Positions 8,842-17,439 of a stretch of DNA of 41,009 bases are shown here, piece after piece. The notes under the pieces were generated by a model. It was not told the DNA's origin, searched no databases, and worked only from the letters and a program-made list of their open reading frames with translations. The translations under genes and the position numbers were made by a program. The DNA is taken from the IMG/VR virus record IMGVR_UViG_3300045988_051111; one strand, 5' to 3'. Source of the stretch: a virus. The first letter of the stretch is position 1. Each line of letters opens with the position of its first letter.

Positions 8842-11703
8842 TTACCATTGCGGCATGGCCGCTGTCTGCAACTTCTGCTGCGTGCTTATCGACGTCGGCG
8901 CGATGGCCGGATAGTTGAACGTCTGCGTGATGTTCGTCACGCTCCCACCATTGCCGTAGGCGACTGCGTTAACTCCACGCGAGGCGTTGGCGACGCCGAC
9001 GGAATACGAGGCGTCCTGCGACGGCAGGATGCCAGTCAGCCTTCCAGCCGCCTTCCTCACCTTCGAAGCGCTCTCGTCGATGCCGACGGCCATGCCCTCG
9101 CCTATCATCTCGCCGACCTGATCGCGGAACACTCGCGACGGTGAATGGATGCCAAGCTTGCGTTTCACCCAATTCAAGGCGTTATCGGCCGCATTGACAG
9201 CGGCGGTCACGAGTCTGCCTGCCGCGCCTGCGATGCCGGTCGCGATGCCGGTGATGATATTCATACCGACACTCCCCCAGTTAACCGACGTGAACCCGCT
9301 CATGATCTGTCCGATCATGCCGGGAATGGCACCGATAAGCCTTGGCACCGACGCTATGAAGCCGTTGGCAAGTGCGCCGAGCAGCTGTACGCCAGCCTGC
9401 AGGATCTGCGGGAGACGATTGATGATGCCACCGACAAGCTGGCCGATGAGGATCGGGACCTTGCCGTTTAGGTCGGGCAGGGCGTTGATGAGGCCCTGCG
9501 CCAGTCCGAGGATGAGCTTCAGGCCGCTGTCGATGATTTGCGGCAGGTTGTTGAGGATGCCTTGCACGAGGTTGAGGACGGCGTTGATGCCGATGGGGAT
9601 GAGCTGCGGCAATTGGGCGGACAATCCGGCCAGCAGCGTCGTCAGCACGATGACAGCCGTGGATGCGATCTGAGGCAATGCCTGCACGATGCCCTGCAAG
9701 AGGTTCGTTATCATCGTCAATCCGGTTTGCAGGAACGACGGCAGTCTCGACGTGACCCACGATTGGAACTTGGTGAGCAGCTTGGGCAGGCTCGTCGAGA
9801 TCCATGTGGTCGCGCTGGTCAGCAGCATTGTGCCGAGCTGTCCCAACGCGCCGAGCACCGGCGGCAGTATCTGCATGACCAACGCCGGCAGCGTGCTCCC
9901 CAAAGATGAGAACAGTTGCGGCAGTGCGGCGGTGATGCCGGTGATGATCTGCGCGATGCGTGGACCCACGTTCTGGATGACTGTGCTCACGGAATCGACC
10001 AGTTGGGTGGTCAATCCGTTGATGTCGGCATTGTCCTTGCCGAGTTCCGCCAGCCAGTTCTGCCATGCGGCCTTCATCATGCCGACGGAGCCCTCGATGG
10101 TTGTCGCGGCCTCCTTGGCGGTGGTGCCGCTGATGCCCATCTGCTCCTGCATGATGTGGATGGCCTGCACCACGTCGGAGAACTTGTCGATGGACAGGTC
10201 GCCCATCTCCCCGTTCGCCTGCTTGACCTTGTTCGCGTCCTGGATCAGACGCTCCATCTCGGATTTGGTACCGCCGTAGCCGAGCTTCAGGTTGTCGAGC
10301 ATGGCGTAGTTGCCGCGCGCCAGAGACTGGTAGGTCTGTTGGATGGACTCGATGTCGGTGCCCATCTTGTTGGCGTTGTCCGACATGTCGATCATGGCGG
10401 TGTTGCCGAGTTCCGCCGCCTTCGCGGTGTCGCCGCCGAGTGAGCTGATCAGCGAGGCGGAAAAGCTCGTGACCTGCGTCATATACTCGTTGGCGCTCAC
10501 TCCGGCTGTCCGGTACGCTTCCGCCGCGTACTTCTGCACGGTGCCAGAAGCGCCCTTGAACAGCGTGTCCACGCCGCCGACGGCCTGCTCATAGGTCGCG
10601 TATGCGTCGAGAGCGCTCTTGCCGACTCCTGCCAAAGCAGCGACGGCGGTGCCTACGCCAGCCAGTCCGACCGTGGCGACGCCCTTCAACGCGCCGACGG
10701 CCTTGCCCGACATGGAGCTGATCGCGCTCCACGCAATGTCGGCTCCGCCCTTCAACGCTCCGGCCATCCGTGAGGCCACGGAGCTGGCGACGCCGAACAG
10801 GCCTGAGAACACTCCGCTCGCCGCCGATCCGACGTTGCGGAAATAACCGCCTATGCTGCCCACGGCATTCTTAAATGGTGCAGGAATCTTCGCGGCGATG
10901 CCGCTGATGCGCTGGCCGAGCCCGTAGGACAGGTCGTCGCCGAACTGTCGGGCGATGGCCGCGCCCTGTTTGAAGGGGCTGGCGACCTTGCCTCCCAACG
11001 CGGACGCCTTCGAGGCGACCTGATCGAACGCGCTGCGGGCGATGCCGCCGATCTTGCCGAACACGCCCGCCCCGTCGAGCATGGCCATGTCGGCGTTCTC
11101 CCAGCCGGCGCGCACTTTCTCGATCGCACCCAACGCCGGGGCAGCCATCGCCCTGCCGAGGTTTCTGAACGCCGCTCCGAGCGAACCGGCTGTCTTCTCG
11201 CTGCTGGCGGCGAGATTGTCCTGAGCGTCCTTGAGCGCCTTCTGCGCATCCTTCAACCGGTTCTCGGCCTGCGTCGCCCGGTCGGTCATGGTGGACAGTC
11301 TCAGCCGCGCCTGTTCGAGCCTGATGGTCGCGGCCTCGGCCTGCGTGCTGCCCTCACCATGCTTGGCTATGGCATTGGCGACGCTCTCCTCGGCGGCACG
11401 CACCTGATTCGCCGCCGCCTCCTGCTGGAGCATGGACTGACGGTATGCGGCCGTGGATTTCGCCACGTCACGCTCATAGGATTTCAACACGTCCGCGCTG
11501 AAATCGTTCGCCGACTGCTTGAAACCGTTTTTGAACGCGCGTCCGAACAGTCCACCGCTTTTGCCGCCGTCCATGCTCGAATCGAAGGTCTTCGACGCGG
11601 CCTTGCCACTCGCGCCGACCTCCTTGTTGACCGCGCTGCGGAAACCCCTCATCGAGGGGAAAACGCTGATGTGCGCGGAACCGAGTTCGCTGCCGAACGC
11701 CAT
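8842..11703 (-). CDS. Tape measure protein, 953 aa
   Basis: Long Ala/Gly/Leu-rich helical protein with hydrophobic glycine-zipper-like segments, immediately after the G/GT chaperones. Confidence 0.9.
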   Translation of the reverse strand: MAFGSELGSAHISVFPSMRGFRSAVNKEVGASGKAASKTFDSSMDGGKSGGLFGRAFKNGFKQSANDFSADVLKSYERDVAKSTAAYRQSMLQQEAAANQVRAAEESVANAIAKHGEGSTQAEAATIRLEQARLRLSTMTDRATQAENRLKDAQKALKDAQDNLAASSEKTAGSLGAAFRNLGRAMAAPALGAIEKVRAGWENADMAMLDGAGVFGKIGGIARSAFDQVASKASALGGKVASPFKQGAAIARQFGDDLSYGLGQRISGIAAKIPAPFKNAVGSIGGYFRNVGSAASGVFSGLFGVASSVASRMAGALKGGADIAWSAISSMSGKAVGALKGVATVGLAGVGTAVAALAGVGKSALDAYATYEQAVGGVDTLFKGASGTVQKYAAEAYRTAGVSANEYMTQVTSFSASLISSLGGDTAKAAELGNTAMIDMSDNANKMGTDIESIQQTYQSLARGNYAMLDNLKLGYGGTKSEMERLIQDANKVKQANGEMGDLSIDKFSDVVQAIHIMQEQMGISGTTAKEAATTIEGSVGMMKAAWQNWLAELGKDNADINGLTTQLVDSVSTVIQNVGPRIAQIITGITAALPQLFSSLGSTLPALVMQILPPVLGALGQLGTMLLTSATTWISTSLPKLLTKFQSWVTSRLPSFLQTGLTMITNLLQGIVQALPQIASTAVIVLTTLLAGLSAQLPQLIPIGINAVLNLVQGILNNLPQIIDSGLKLILGLAQGLINALPDLNGKVPILIGQLVGGIINRLPQILQAGVQLLGALANGFIASVPRLIGAIPGMIGQIMSGFTSVNWGSVGMNIITGIATGIAGAAGRLVTAAVNAADNALNWVKRKLGIHSPSRVFRDQVGEMIGEGMAVGIDESASKVRKAAGRLTGILPSQDASYSVGVANASRGVNAVAYGNGGSVTNITQTFNYPAIAPTSISTQQKLQTAAMPQW

Positions 11704-11737
11704 GCGGCACCTCCACTATTCAGTTTTGTCCAAAAAA

Positions 11738-12483
11738 TCAGTCCTCGTAGAGCGTCTGGAACACCGGGCTCATGCCCTTGGTCTGTTCGCGCAGCCGCTC
11801 ACGCTCGGCCTTCTCCCTGTCCGCCCGCAATCGTTTCGCAAGAGAATCGAAAGGTTTAGGATACTCGTCGCTGCCAAGCGCGTAGACGACCGGTATCTCA
11901 CCCCACCGGGCCGGATAATCCAAGCCGTTGAGCTCCGCGCCCGTGTAGGTCGACGGATCGCCGATGAGCTGCTCGAGGAGCGCTATCGCGTCGCCGTAGC
12001 GGAGCCTGCCGCCAAGATCGGCCTGCAGACTCCACCCATGCGTCGTGAAATCGGCTCGGATCACGCTCCCGTGGTCGGCGAGCTGGCGGGAGAACCATTG
12101 GATTTTCCCAGTGAGGCTCCCTGCGAGCGCACCACCGCGTCGCCATAGTCGGACAGGAGGTTGAACACGACCTGCACCGGTTCGCCGTTCAGCGCTTTCG
12201 CCTGTTTGTCTCCGGCGAAAGCGCTCAGAATGCGTTTGAGCTGTTCGACGCTTTCCGTGTCATCGGACGTGTTCGACAGTCTGGTGAAATCGTCGATGCT
12301 CATCGACAATGGGAGCTTGTACGTGCGTCCGCCGGGCACGAGCGCCCAATACACATCGCCCTTGATGATGTGGCGCACCTTGTAATTTTGTGCGATGGAG
12401 GCGAACGCCTCCTCGTCGTTTTCTTCCGTCCACTGGTCGAAATCCTCGACGGTCGGCTTGAAGTCGGTGGAAGTGGAAGTCAT
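11738..12483 (-). CDS. Tail assembly chaperone -1 frameshift product (gpGT-like)
   Basis: The -1 frame is open from the slippery site to 11738. The junction reads ...SLGK|IQWFSRQLADHGSVIRADF... Confidence 0.7.
12061..12483 (-). CDS. Tail assembly chaperone (gpG-like), 140 aa
   Basis: Sits between MTP and TMP. Acidic protein. Carries the GGGAAAA slippery site near its 3' end. Confidence 0.8.
   Translation of the reverse strand: MTSTSTDFKPTVEDFDQWTEENDEEAFASIAQNYKVRHIIKGDVYWALVPGGRTYKLPLSMSIDDFTRLSNTSDDTESVEQLKRILSAFAGDKQAKALNGEPVQVVFNLLSDYGDAVVRSQGASLGKSNGSPASSPTTGA
12103..12109 (-). promoter_or_regulatory. -1 programmed frameshift heptamer G GGA AAA (G/GT)
   Basis: X XXY YYZ in the correct zero frame (ctG GGA AAA tcc). 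Confidence 0.75.
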
Positions 12484-12526
12484 TGTCTTGTCCTATCTGC
12501 TTTTCGCCTGCCTGCGGTAAAAAGGG

Positions 12527-12567
12527 TTCCCGGACCGCGCAGACAGGCGAGATAGGCGGTCCGGGAA
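12527..12567 (-). terminator. Intrinsic terminator/attenuator after the major tail protein
   Basis: 12-bp perfect stem ttcccggaccgc/gcggtccgggaa. On the minus strand it is followed by ccctttttac. Confidence 0.6.
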
Positions 12568-12583
12568 GATTTTCGTCCGCCGG

Positions 12584-13455
12584 TCAGGCGGCGCGTGCGG
12601 TGACAGTGACCGTCAGATCGGGTGAGGTCACGCCGCCATACGTGGCGTTGATCCTCGCGCTCCCGGCCTTGACGGCGGTGAGCGTGCCGCCATCGACGGT
12701 CGCCACGCCTGCATCCTTGGATGTGAACATGGCCTGTCCGGTCACGTCCACGGTGGTCTTGTCCACATGGGTGGCGACGGCCTTGAGCGCGAGCTTCGCG
12801 CCTTGGACGACCGACGGCCTCGTATTGCCGTCAGCCGAAGTCACGGCCACCGCCGTCACGCTTTTGGGTCGTACCAGCTTTCGATCCAGCGCGTGTTCGG
12901 ATGCGCAGGATCCACGTACAGCGGGTCCTTCATCCATTCGACGGTGAGCTCGCGGCCGGTGGCCGAGCCACGCTCCTGCTGGTCAGGTTTGTTGTCGTTA
13001 ATCTGCATGACGCCGGCGCGACGGTGGACACGCCCGGTGTCGAACGTCTCCTCCTCGTACGCCATCCATTTCGCATCCTGGATGATGTCGGCCACGTGGT
13101 AGACGCCATTGGAGTCCGGCTCGCCGATGGTGATCTTGCGGGTCAGCGCATTGTTTTCGGCCGGGCTGAAAGTCTGCGTGAGGCTGGTCGCCAGCGGCCG
13201 CTTCTTGTACCCGTCCTGCAAAAACTCGATGGGATCGTCGCCGTCGCGCGAATCCTGATTGCCGCCGTCGGACTTGACGAGTCCGATGCATGCGGTCGAC
13301 CGATTGTATGCGGCCGGAAGTTCCGTCGTCGCCTTGCTGGGTGCGATCATTTCCGGCGTGATTTTGTTTTCTGTGGCGTACGGGACGATCATGATGGCTG
13401 CGGTGACGAGCGCCTCCACCTGTCCCAGATCCATGCCCTGACTGTCTTTGGCCAT
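12584..13455 (-). CDS. Major tail protein with C-terminal Ig-like (Big_2-type) domain via -1 frameshift (about 290 aa)
   Basis: The -1 frame ORF 12584..12937 encodes VTAVAVTSADG...ATVDGGTLTAVKAGSARINATYGG...TVTVT, a Big_2-like pattern. It has no convincing independent start. Confidence 0.6.
12856..13455 (-). CDS. Major tail protein, 199 aa
   Basis: Sits between the tail terminator and the chaperones. Strong RBS context. Size is typical. Confidence 0.8.
   Translation of the reverse strand: MAKDSQGMDLGQVEALVTAAIMIVPYATENKITPEMIAPSKATTELPAAYNRSTACIGLVKSDGGNQDSRDGDDPIEFLQDGYKKRPLATSLTQTFSPAENNALTRKITIGEPDSNGVYHVADIIQDAKWMAYEEETFDTGRVHRRAGVMQINDNKPDQQERGSATGRELTVEWMKDPLYVDPAHPNTRWIESWYDPKA
12862..12868 (-). 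promoter_or_regulatory. -1 programmed frameshift heptamer C CCA AAA (MTP to Ig extension)
   Basis: The zero frame reads gaC CCA AAA gcg tga. The heptamer lies one codon before the stop. Confidence 0.6.
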
Positions 13456-13468
13456 GGTGATTCCTTCC

Positions 13469-13900
13469 TTATGGTTGTCTGATTCCGGCCGTCGAATATT
13501 CGACGGTCATGTAGTAGCGGCACCATGCCGCGTCCTCGCCGACCGGGTACGGGCCGTTGCAGCCGTCAGACACGACGGCGCAGATGCGGCTGCCTTCGGC
13601 AAATCCGATGAGGATGCCGGGCTCGCCGGTCAGCACGCCGTACACGCAGGCCGCCAGATCGCGGCATGGTTTCGTGTCGTTGCGCGTCCATCCGAGCACG
13701 TTGACGCCTATCGACCTGTCGAACGTCACGCGGTCGGCGGATTGCGTGCCGCCGTCATCACGCACGACCACGAGCGGATAGGAGCCGTCGTAATCGTCCG
13801 GGATGCGGTTTCCGACCTGCAGGCCCGCGACGTCCGTGATATTGGAGCGCAGCCAGCCGGTGAGGAAAAGCTCGAGATCGGGTGGGATGACGCTTGCCAT
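13469..13900 (-). CDS. Tail terminator-like protein, 143 aa
   Basis: Synteny: immediately upstream of MTP in HK97-like gene order. Confidence 0.55.
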   Translation of the reverse strand: MASVIPPDLELFLTGWLRSNITDVAGLQVGNRIPDDYDGSYPLVVVRDDGGTQSADRVTFDRSIGVNVLGWTRNDTKPCRDLAACVYGVLTGEPGILIGFAEGSRICAVVSDGCNGPYPVGEDAAWCRYYMTVEYSTAGIRQP

Positions 13901-14187
13901 CAGACCCTCGCCTTCCTCAAAGACTTGGCCAGATTGCCGGTCTGCGCCTCCACGAGCAGGGTCTTCGGGTCGTGGCCGACGACCATGACGGTCGTTCGGT
14001 GCTCCCTTTTGACCTCCTCGATTCCAAGGCCGTCGCGGTATGCGCCTGTTTCGACCGGCGCGGACGCCTTCGCGTAGGCGAGTGCCCTGTTCGCGGCCAG
14101 CGTGGTGAGCGCCTTGACCCCGGCGCTGTTGAGAATCTCGTCGAAGAACTTCGGATTGAAGTCGACCGATATCCTGCTTTTCGCCAT
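13900..14187 (-). CDS. HK97 gp10-like neck/tail-completion protein, 95 aa
   Basis: Synteny and size. The N-terminal sequence ISVDFNPKFFDEILNSAGV resembles this family. Confidence 0.6.
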   Translation of the reverse strand: MAKSRISVDFNPKFFDEILNSAGVKALTTLAANRALAYAKASAPVETGAYRDGLGIEEVKREHRTTVMVVGHDPKTLLVEAQTGNLAKSLRKARV

Positions 14188-14191
14188 TTGT

Positions 14192-14590
14192 TCAGCCCTT
14201 TCTTTCCGTCAGACGGCATTCCAAGGTCGGACGCCAGCCAGTGAACGCGTTCGCGTCCTTAGAAGGGAATCCGTCGACTTCCCACAAGCGTCCGTCGTCG
14301 GGGTCTGCGCGGATCCGGTCGCCGATTTTCACGTCGGCTGTCGGATCCGGGATGGTGAGGTACGCCGTGGATGCGGTCTGCGTGTCGAGCGTGTCCGGCG
14401 TGCGCATGCTGGAGCTGGATGAGAGCGCGCCCATGATGGTGAGCTCGTCCGGAGGCACGCTCCAGTCCGGCTCGTTCTGCGCCGGATTGTACGGGTTGGC
14501 CTTGCGTTTGGCGCGCAGTCGCATGAAGCGCGTGGCACCAGCCATGCCGAAAACGCCGCCACCGGCATTCAGATCGTCAAGCAGGCTCAT
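14192..14590 (-). CDS. Head closure / head-tail joining protein, 132 aa
   Basis: Synteny. ATGA overlap with the upstream gene. Confidence 0.6.
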   Translation of the reverse strand: MSLLDDLNAGGGVFGMAGATRFMRLRAKRKANPYNPAQNEPDWSVPPDELTIMGALSSSSSMRTPDTLDTQTASTAYLTIPDPTADVKIGDRIRADPDDGRLWEVDGFPSKDANAFTGWRPTLECRLTERKG

Positions 14591-15105
14591 GGCAATCCTC
14601 CAAGCCGGTAGGGTTTGAGCTTGTCCTTCTCCTCCTGCATGAGCGACACCGCATCGTATGACGCGCTGGACCCGTTGGTGGACTGGGATTTGACGAGTCC
14701 GATCGGGCTCATGCCGGCACGCTTCGCGGCGCTGATGAGCACCTGCTGCACGTCCGGCGCCTCATTGTATCCGGCATGGATTGAATAATGGATGGCCGCG
14801 ACACCGACCGGGAAGCCACCGGAAAGCGACTCCACAAGACCCGTCTCCGGGTCATAGGCGTAAGCCAGTGGATTGCCCTGACGGTCGGTCAATGATTCGA
14901 TGCTCGTCACATGACGTGCAGGCAGCCGAATCACCGTGCCGCCGCGAGTATTCAGCGTTCCCGCCAATGCCGCGTTCGGCATGACATGCCAGCCACATTC
15001 GCGGCGGATGGCCGCCTGCGCGGCCCTGAGCCGAAACTGCGCGTCATCCTCGAAGGCCGAAGGGTCGGCAATCATGTCAGGAACCACATTCGCTTCATCA
15101 CTCAT
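14587..15105 (-). CDS. Head-tail connector (gp6-like adaptor), about 172 aa
   Basis: Synteny. GGAGG lies 5 nt upstream of the second ATG (15105). Confidence 0.65.
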   Translation of the reverse strand: MSDEANVVPDMIADPSAFEDDAQFRLRAAQAAIRRECGWHVMPNAALAGTLNTRGGTVIRLPARHVTSIESLTDRQGNPLAYAYDPETGLVESLSGGFPVGVAAIHYSIHAGYNEAPDVQQVLISAAKRAGMSPIGLVKSQSTNGSSASYDAVSLMQEEKDKLKPYRLGGLP

Positions 15106-15119
15106 GCCGACCTCCAATC

Positions 15120-15467
15120 TCAGCTCGTCTTCACACTGCCAGCAGCCACAAGACCAGCCACAAGCGCATTGACACGCCTCGCCAAATCGTTGTACGCGGT
15201 CACGAGCGCGTCGTACTCCGCCTTCGTCGGGGCGGTGGAAGCCGCAGCCGCGACGGAGGCGTTCGCAGTGCCGGAGATCGTGACATTCGCCAGCTTCACG
15301 CCACCAAGAGTGTTCTCGGCGGCGGCGGGAAGCACATACGGAGTGGCAGTGGCGCCGCCGGTGACGTTCACCGGATTGTCGTTGCCGTCCACGAAGAGCA
15401 CGTCCTCGATGTACGTCGAAGCGTCCACCTTGGCCTTGGATGCGTCGGCCAGCCGATACTGCTTCAC
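15120..15467 (-). CDS. Head-associated protein (head fibre/decoration-like), 115 aa, GTG start
   Basis: GTG at 15467 follows the capsid stop. Contains LPAAAENTLGGVK ... TKAEYDALVTAYNDLARRVNALVAGL, similar to a motif common in phage head-fibre-like proteins. Confidence 0.45.
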   Translation of the reverse strand: MKQYRLADASKAKVDASTYIEDVLFVDGNDNPVNVTGGATATPYVLPAAAENTLGGVKLANVTISGTANASVAAAASTAPTKAEYDALVTAYNDLARRVNALVAGLVAAGSVKTS

Positions 15468-15475
15468 GGCTCGCC

Positions 15476-16678
15476 TCACTTTCCGGCCTTGCCGAGGGAC
15501 ACCTTGACGAAAGCCTTGGGGTACTTGACCTGCAGGGCGAGGCGTTCCTTGACTCGGAACGTGATCTTGTCGTTGGTGAAGTCGTTTTCGTGGCTGTTGG
15601 TGGATTCGACGGTCAGACCGCCCTTGCGGTAGATGGTGCCGCCTGCCTTGAACGCGCCGACGAGCACGGTTCCCTTGGTCATCGCCTCGGTGACCACGGT
15701 GCGCAGTCCCCACAGCGGCGGGTTCTGCATGATGCCGCCGTTGCCGTACTGTCCGGCGAAGAAGCCACCGCCGAAATACTGGCCGTTCGCATCCTTGGAC
15801 AGGCGGATTGTCTGATAGTCGGCAGGGTTGATGACCACGGCGTCGGCGGAGAAGCCGGTCGCGGTGGCGATATCCGTGGTGGCCGCGAAGATGCGGTCGG
15901 GGTCGGAATCGTTGGCCTGCGCCTTGGTCTGGATTTCGCGGTTCAGAATGCCCCTGAGATTCGGGTCGGTGCCGTTGCCGGACAGGAGCTGAATCTCCTC
16001 CTGCAGCTTCAGATTGTATTGGGCGTGCTGGTTGATCTCGGACACGACGAACGGCAGGTCGTCGGCCATGTCGTCGGTGATCTTCCACCATGCGGCGATC
16101 TCGTGCAGGCTGTCGGACACCCAAGTCGGGTCCGGAAGGTGGATCTGCGGCTTCTGCCCGCCCTCGGCGACGGTGGTGGCGTTGCCTTCGAACGCGCCGT
16201 AGACCGGGTATTTGATGGTGGTGCCGCTCATGGTGCCGGACGCGAACAGGTCGGCGATGACGAGCGGACGCTCGTACGGCCATACGCCGTTCTGGTCGGT
16301 CTGGGTGAGGAACGGCGCGTAGGCTCCGGACGCTCCGCCTGTGGCCTGAGTGTCGGAAGCGGCCTTGAATTCCGGAGTGGAGAACAGGCCTCCCTTGGTG
16401 GCGAGCACGCTCAACCCCTTTTCCTTCAGGGACTTGACGTAGAAGTCGCCGAGGGTCTGCGCCTCGACGCCCTTGTGTTCGGTCTTGGACGTGCCGGCGA
16501 GCTTGTCGAGTCCTTCGCCGGCCTCCTTGAACAGGTCGATGCGTTCCTGCAGCTTCTTCGCCTCGGCGTAACGCTGCTTCAGCTCCTCCTGCTCCTTTTC
16601 GGTGATGTTATCCATTCCCTTGGCGAGGATGGACTGTGCCGCCTTCTTCTCGGCGGCGAGCTTGTCCATGAGGTTCAT
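15476..16678 (-). CDS. Major capsid protein, HK97 family (400 aa with N-terminal delta-like coiled coil)
   Basis: AAAGGAG RBS before the ATG at 16678. Follows an S78-type protease. Typical length and sequence character. Confidence 0.9.
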   Translation of the reverse strand: MNLMDKLAAEKKAAQSILAKGMDNITEKEQEELKQRYAEAKKLQERIDLFKEAGEGLDKLAGTSKTEHKGVEAQTLGDFYVKSLKEKGLSVLATKGGLFSTPEFKAASDTQATGGASGAYAPFLTQTDQNGVWPYERPLVIADLFASGTMSGTTIKYPVYGAFEGNATTVAEGGQKPQIHLPDPTWVSDSLHEIAAWWKITDDMADDLPFVVSEINQHAQYNLKLQEEIQLLSGNGTDPNLRGILNREIQTKAQANDSDPDRIFAATTDIATATGFSADAVVINPADYQTIRLSKDANGQYFGGGFFAGQYGNGGIMQNPPLWGLRTVVTEAMTKGTVLVGAFKAGGTIYRKGGLTVESTNSHENDFTNDKITFRVKERLALQVKYPKAFVKVSLGKAGK

Positions 16679-16692
16679 GGCGCTCCTTTCGG

Positions 16693-17439
16693 TTAATTTT
16701 GCAGCGAGAAGAAGTCGCTGATGGTTTGGTATTCCTTGGCCCACTGCGGGTCAAAGCTTTTCTGGTCTTTCCTCTTCGGGTCATCCGTGGAATCGTCTGG
16801 CTGATCGCTGGAATCATCCGTGGAATCGTCGGTTGCGTCATCGTCCGGCTTCCTGTTGTCGGAGTCGATGCCGTCAAGCACCTCATGCAGACTGTCGAGC
16901 GCCGCGCGGAGCTTGCTTTCGTTCGAAGCGCTGATCGCACGTCCGCTCTTCACTTCAAGCACCTCCGCGCCCTGATTCGCGGCCACCTGCACAAGGGAAA
17001 TCTCGAACAGTTTCAGCTGGCGAATCTCACGGTATCCGTCCCACGAGCTCTTGCCGTCCTGCACGAACGCGGTCTCCTCGGCGAGGAAGCCGATGCTCAT
17101 CTGATGGATGAGTCCACGCTGCAGAAGCTCATACGCGCGCTTGCCTTCCGGCAGGTCAAGGTCGAGGCGGGCCGTGACCAGCAGGCCATGCTCGTCCTCC
17201 ACCGCGCTCAACGTCTCGCCGATGATGTCGGTGGGCTTGTCGTCCTTGTGCTGCCAGTGGATCGGGATGCCCGCGCCCGTGCCGGCGTAATCATTCTCCA
17301 GTGTGCCCGCGAAGGCCCCCTTGACGATCACGTCATCGTACAAATCCTTGTCCCACGTCGAGGCGTAGCCGCTGAACACGCCCTCGCCTTGGCTATCGTC
17401 GAGGGATTTCAGTTCGAAGCCCTTGAAATCAAGCCTCAT
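16693..17439 (-). CDS. Prohead maturation protease, HK97 (S78) family
   Basis: Sequence FSGYASTWDKDLYDDVIVKGAFAGTL...HWQH...IGFL is characteristic of the family. ATGA overlap with the portal stop. Confidence 0.85.
   Translation of the reverse strand: MRLDFKGFELKSLDDSQGEGVFSGYASTWDKDLYDDVIVKGAFAGTLENDYAGTGAGIPIHWQHKDDKPTDIIGETLSAVEDEHGLLVTARLDLDLPEGKRAYELLQRGLIHQMSIGFLAEETAFVQDGKSSWDGYREIRQLKLFEISLVQVAANQGAEVLEVKSGRAISASNESKLRAALDSLHEVLDGIDSDNRKPDDDATDDSTDDSSDQPDDSTDDPKRKDQKSFDPQWAKEYQTISDFFSLQN

Noticed and set aside
15120-16283. 387-aa minus-strand ORF overlapping the capsid gene
   Set aside because: Only the last 115 codons (from GTG 15467, after the capsid stop) look protein-like. The upstream part is an out-of-frame read of the MCP gene (R/H/P-rich).
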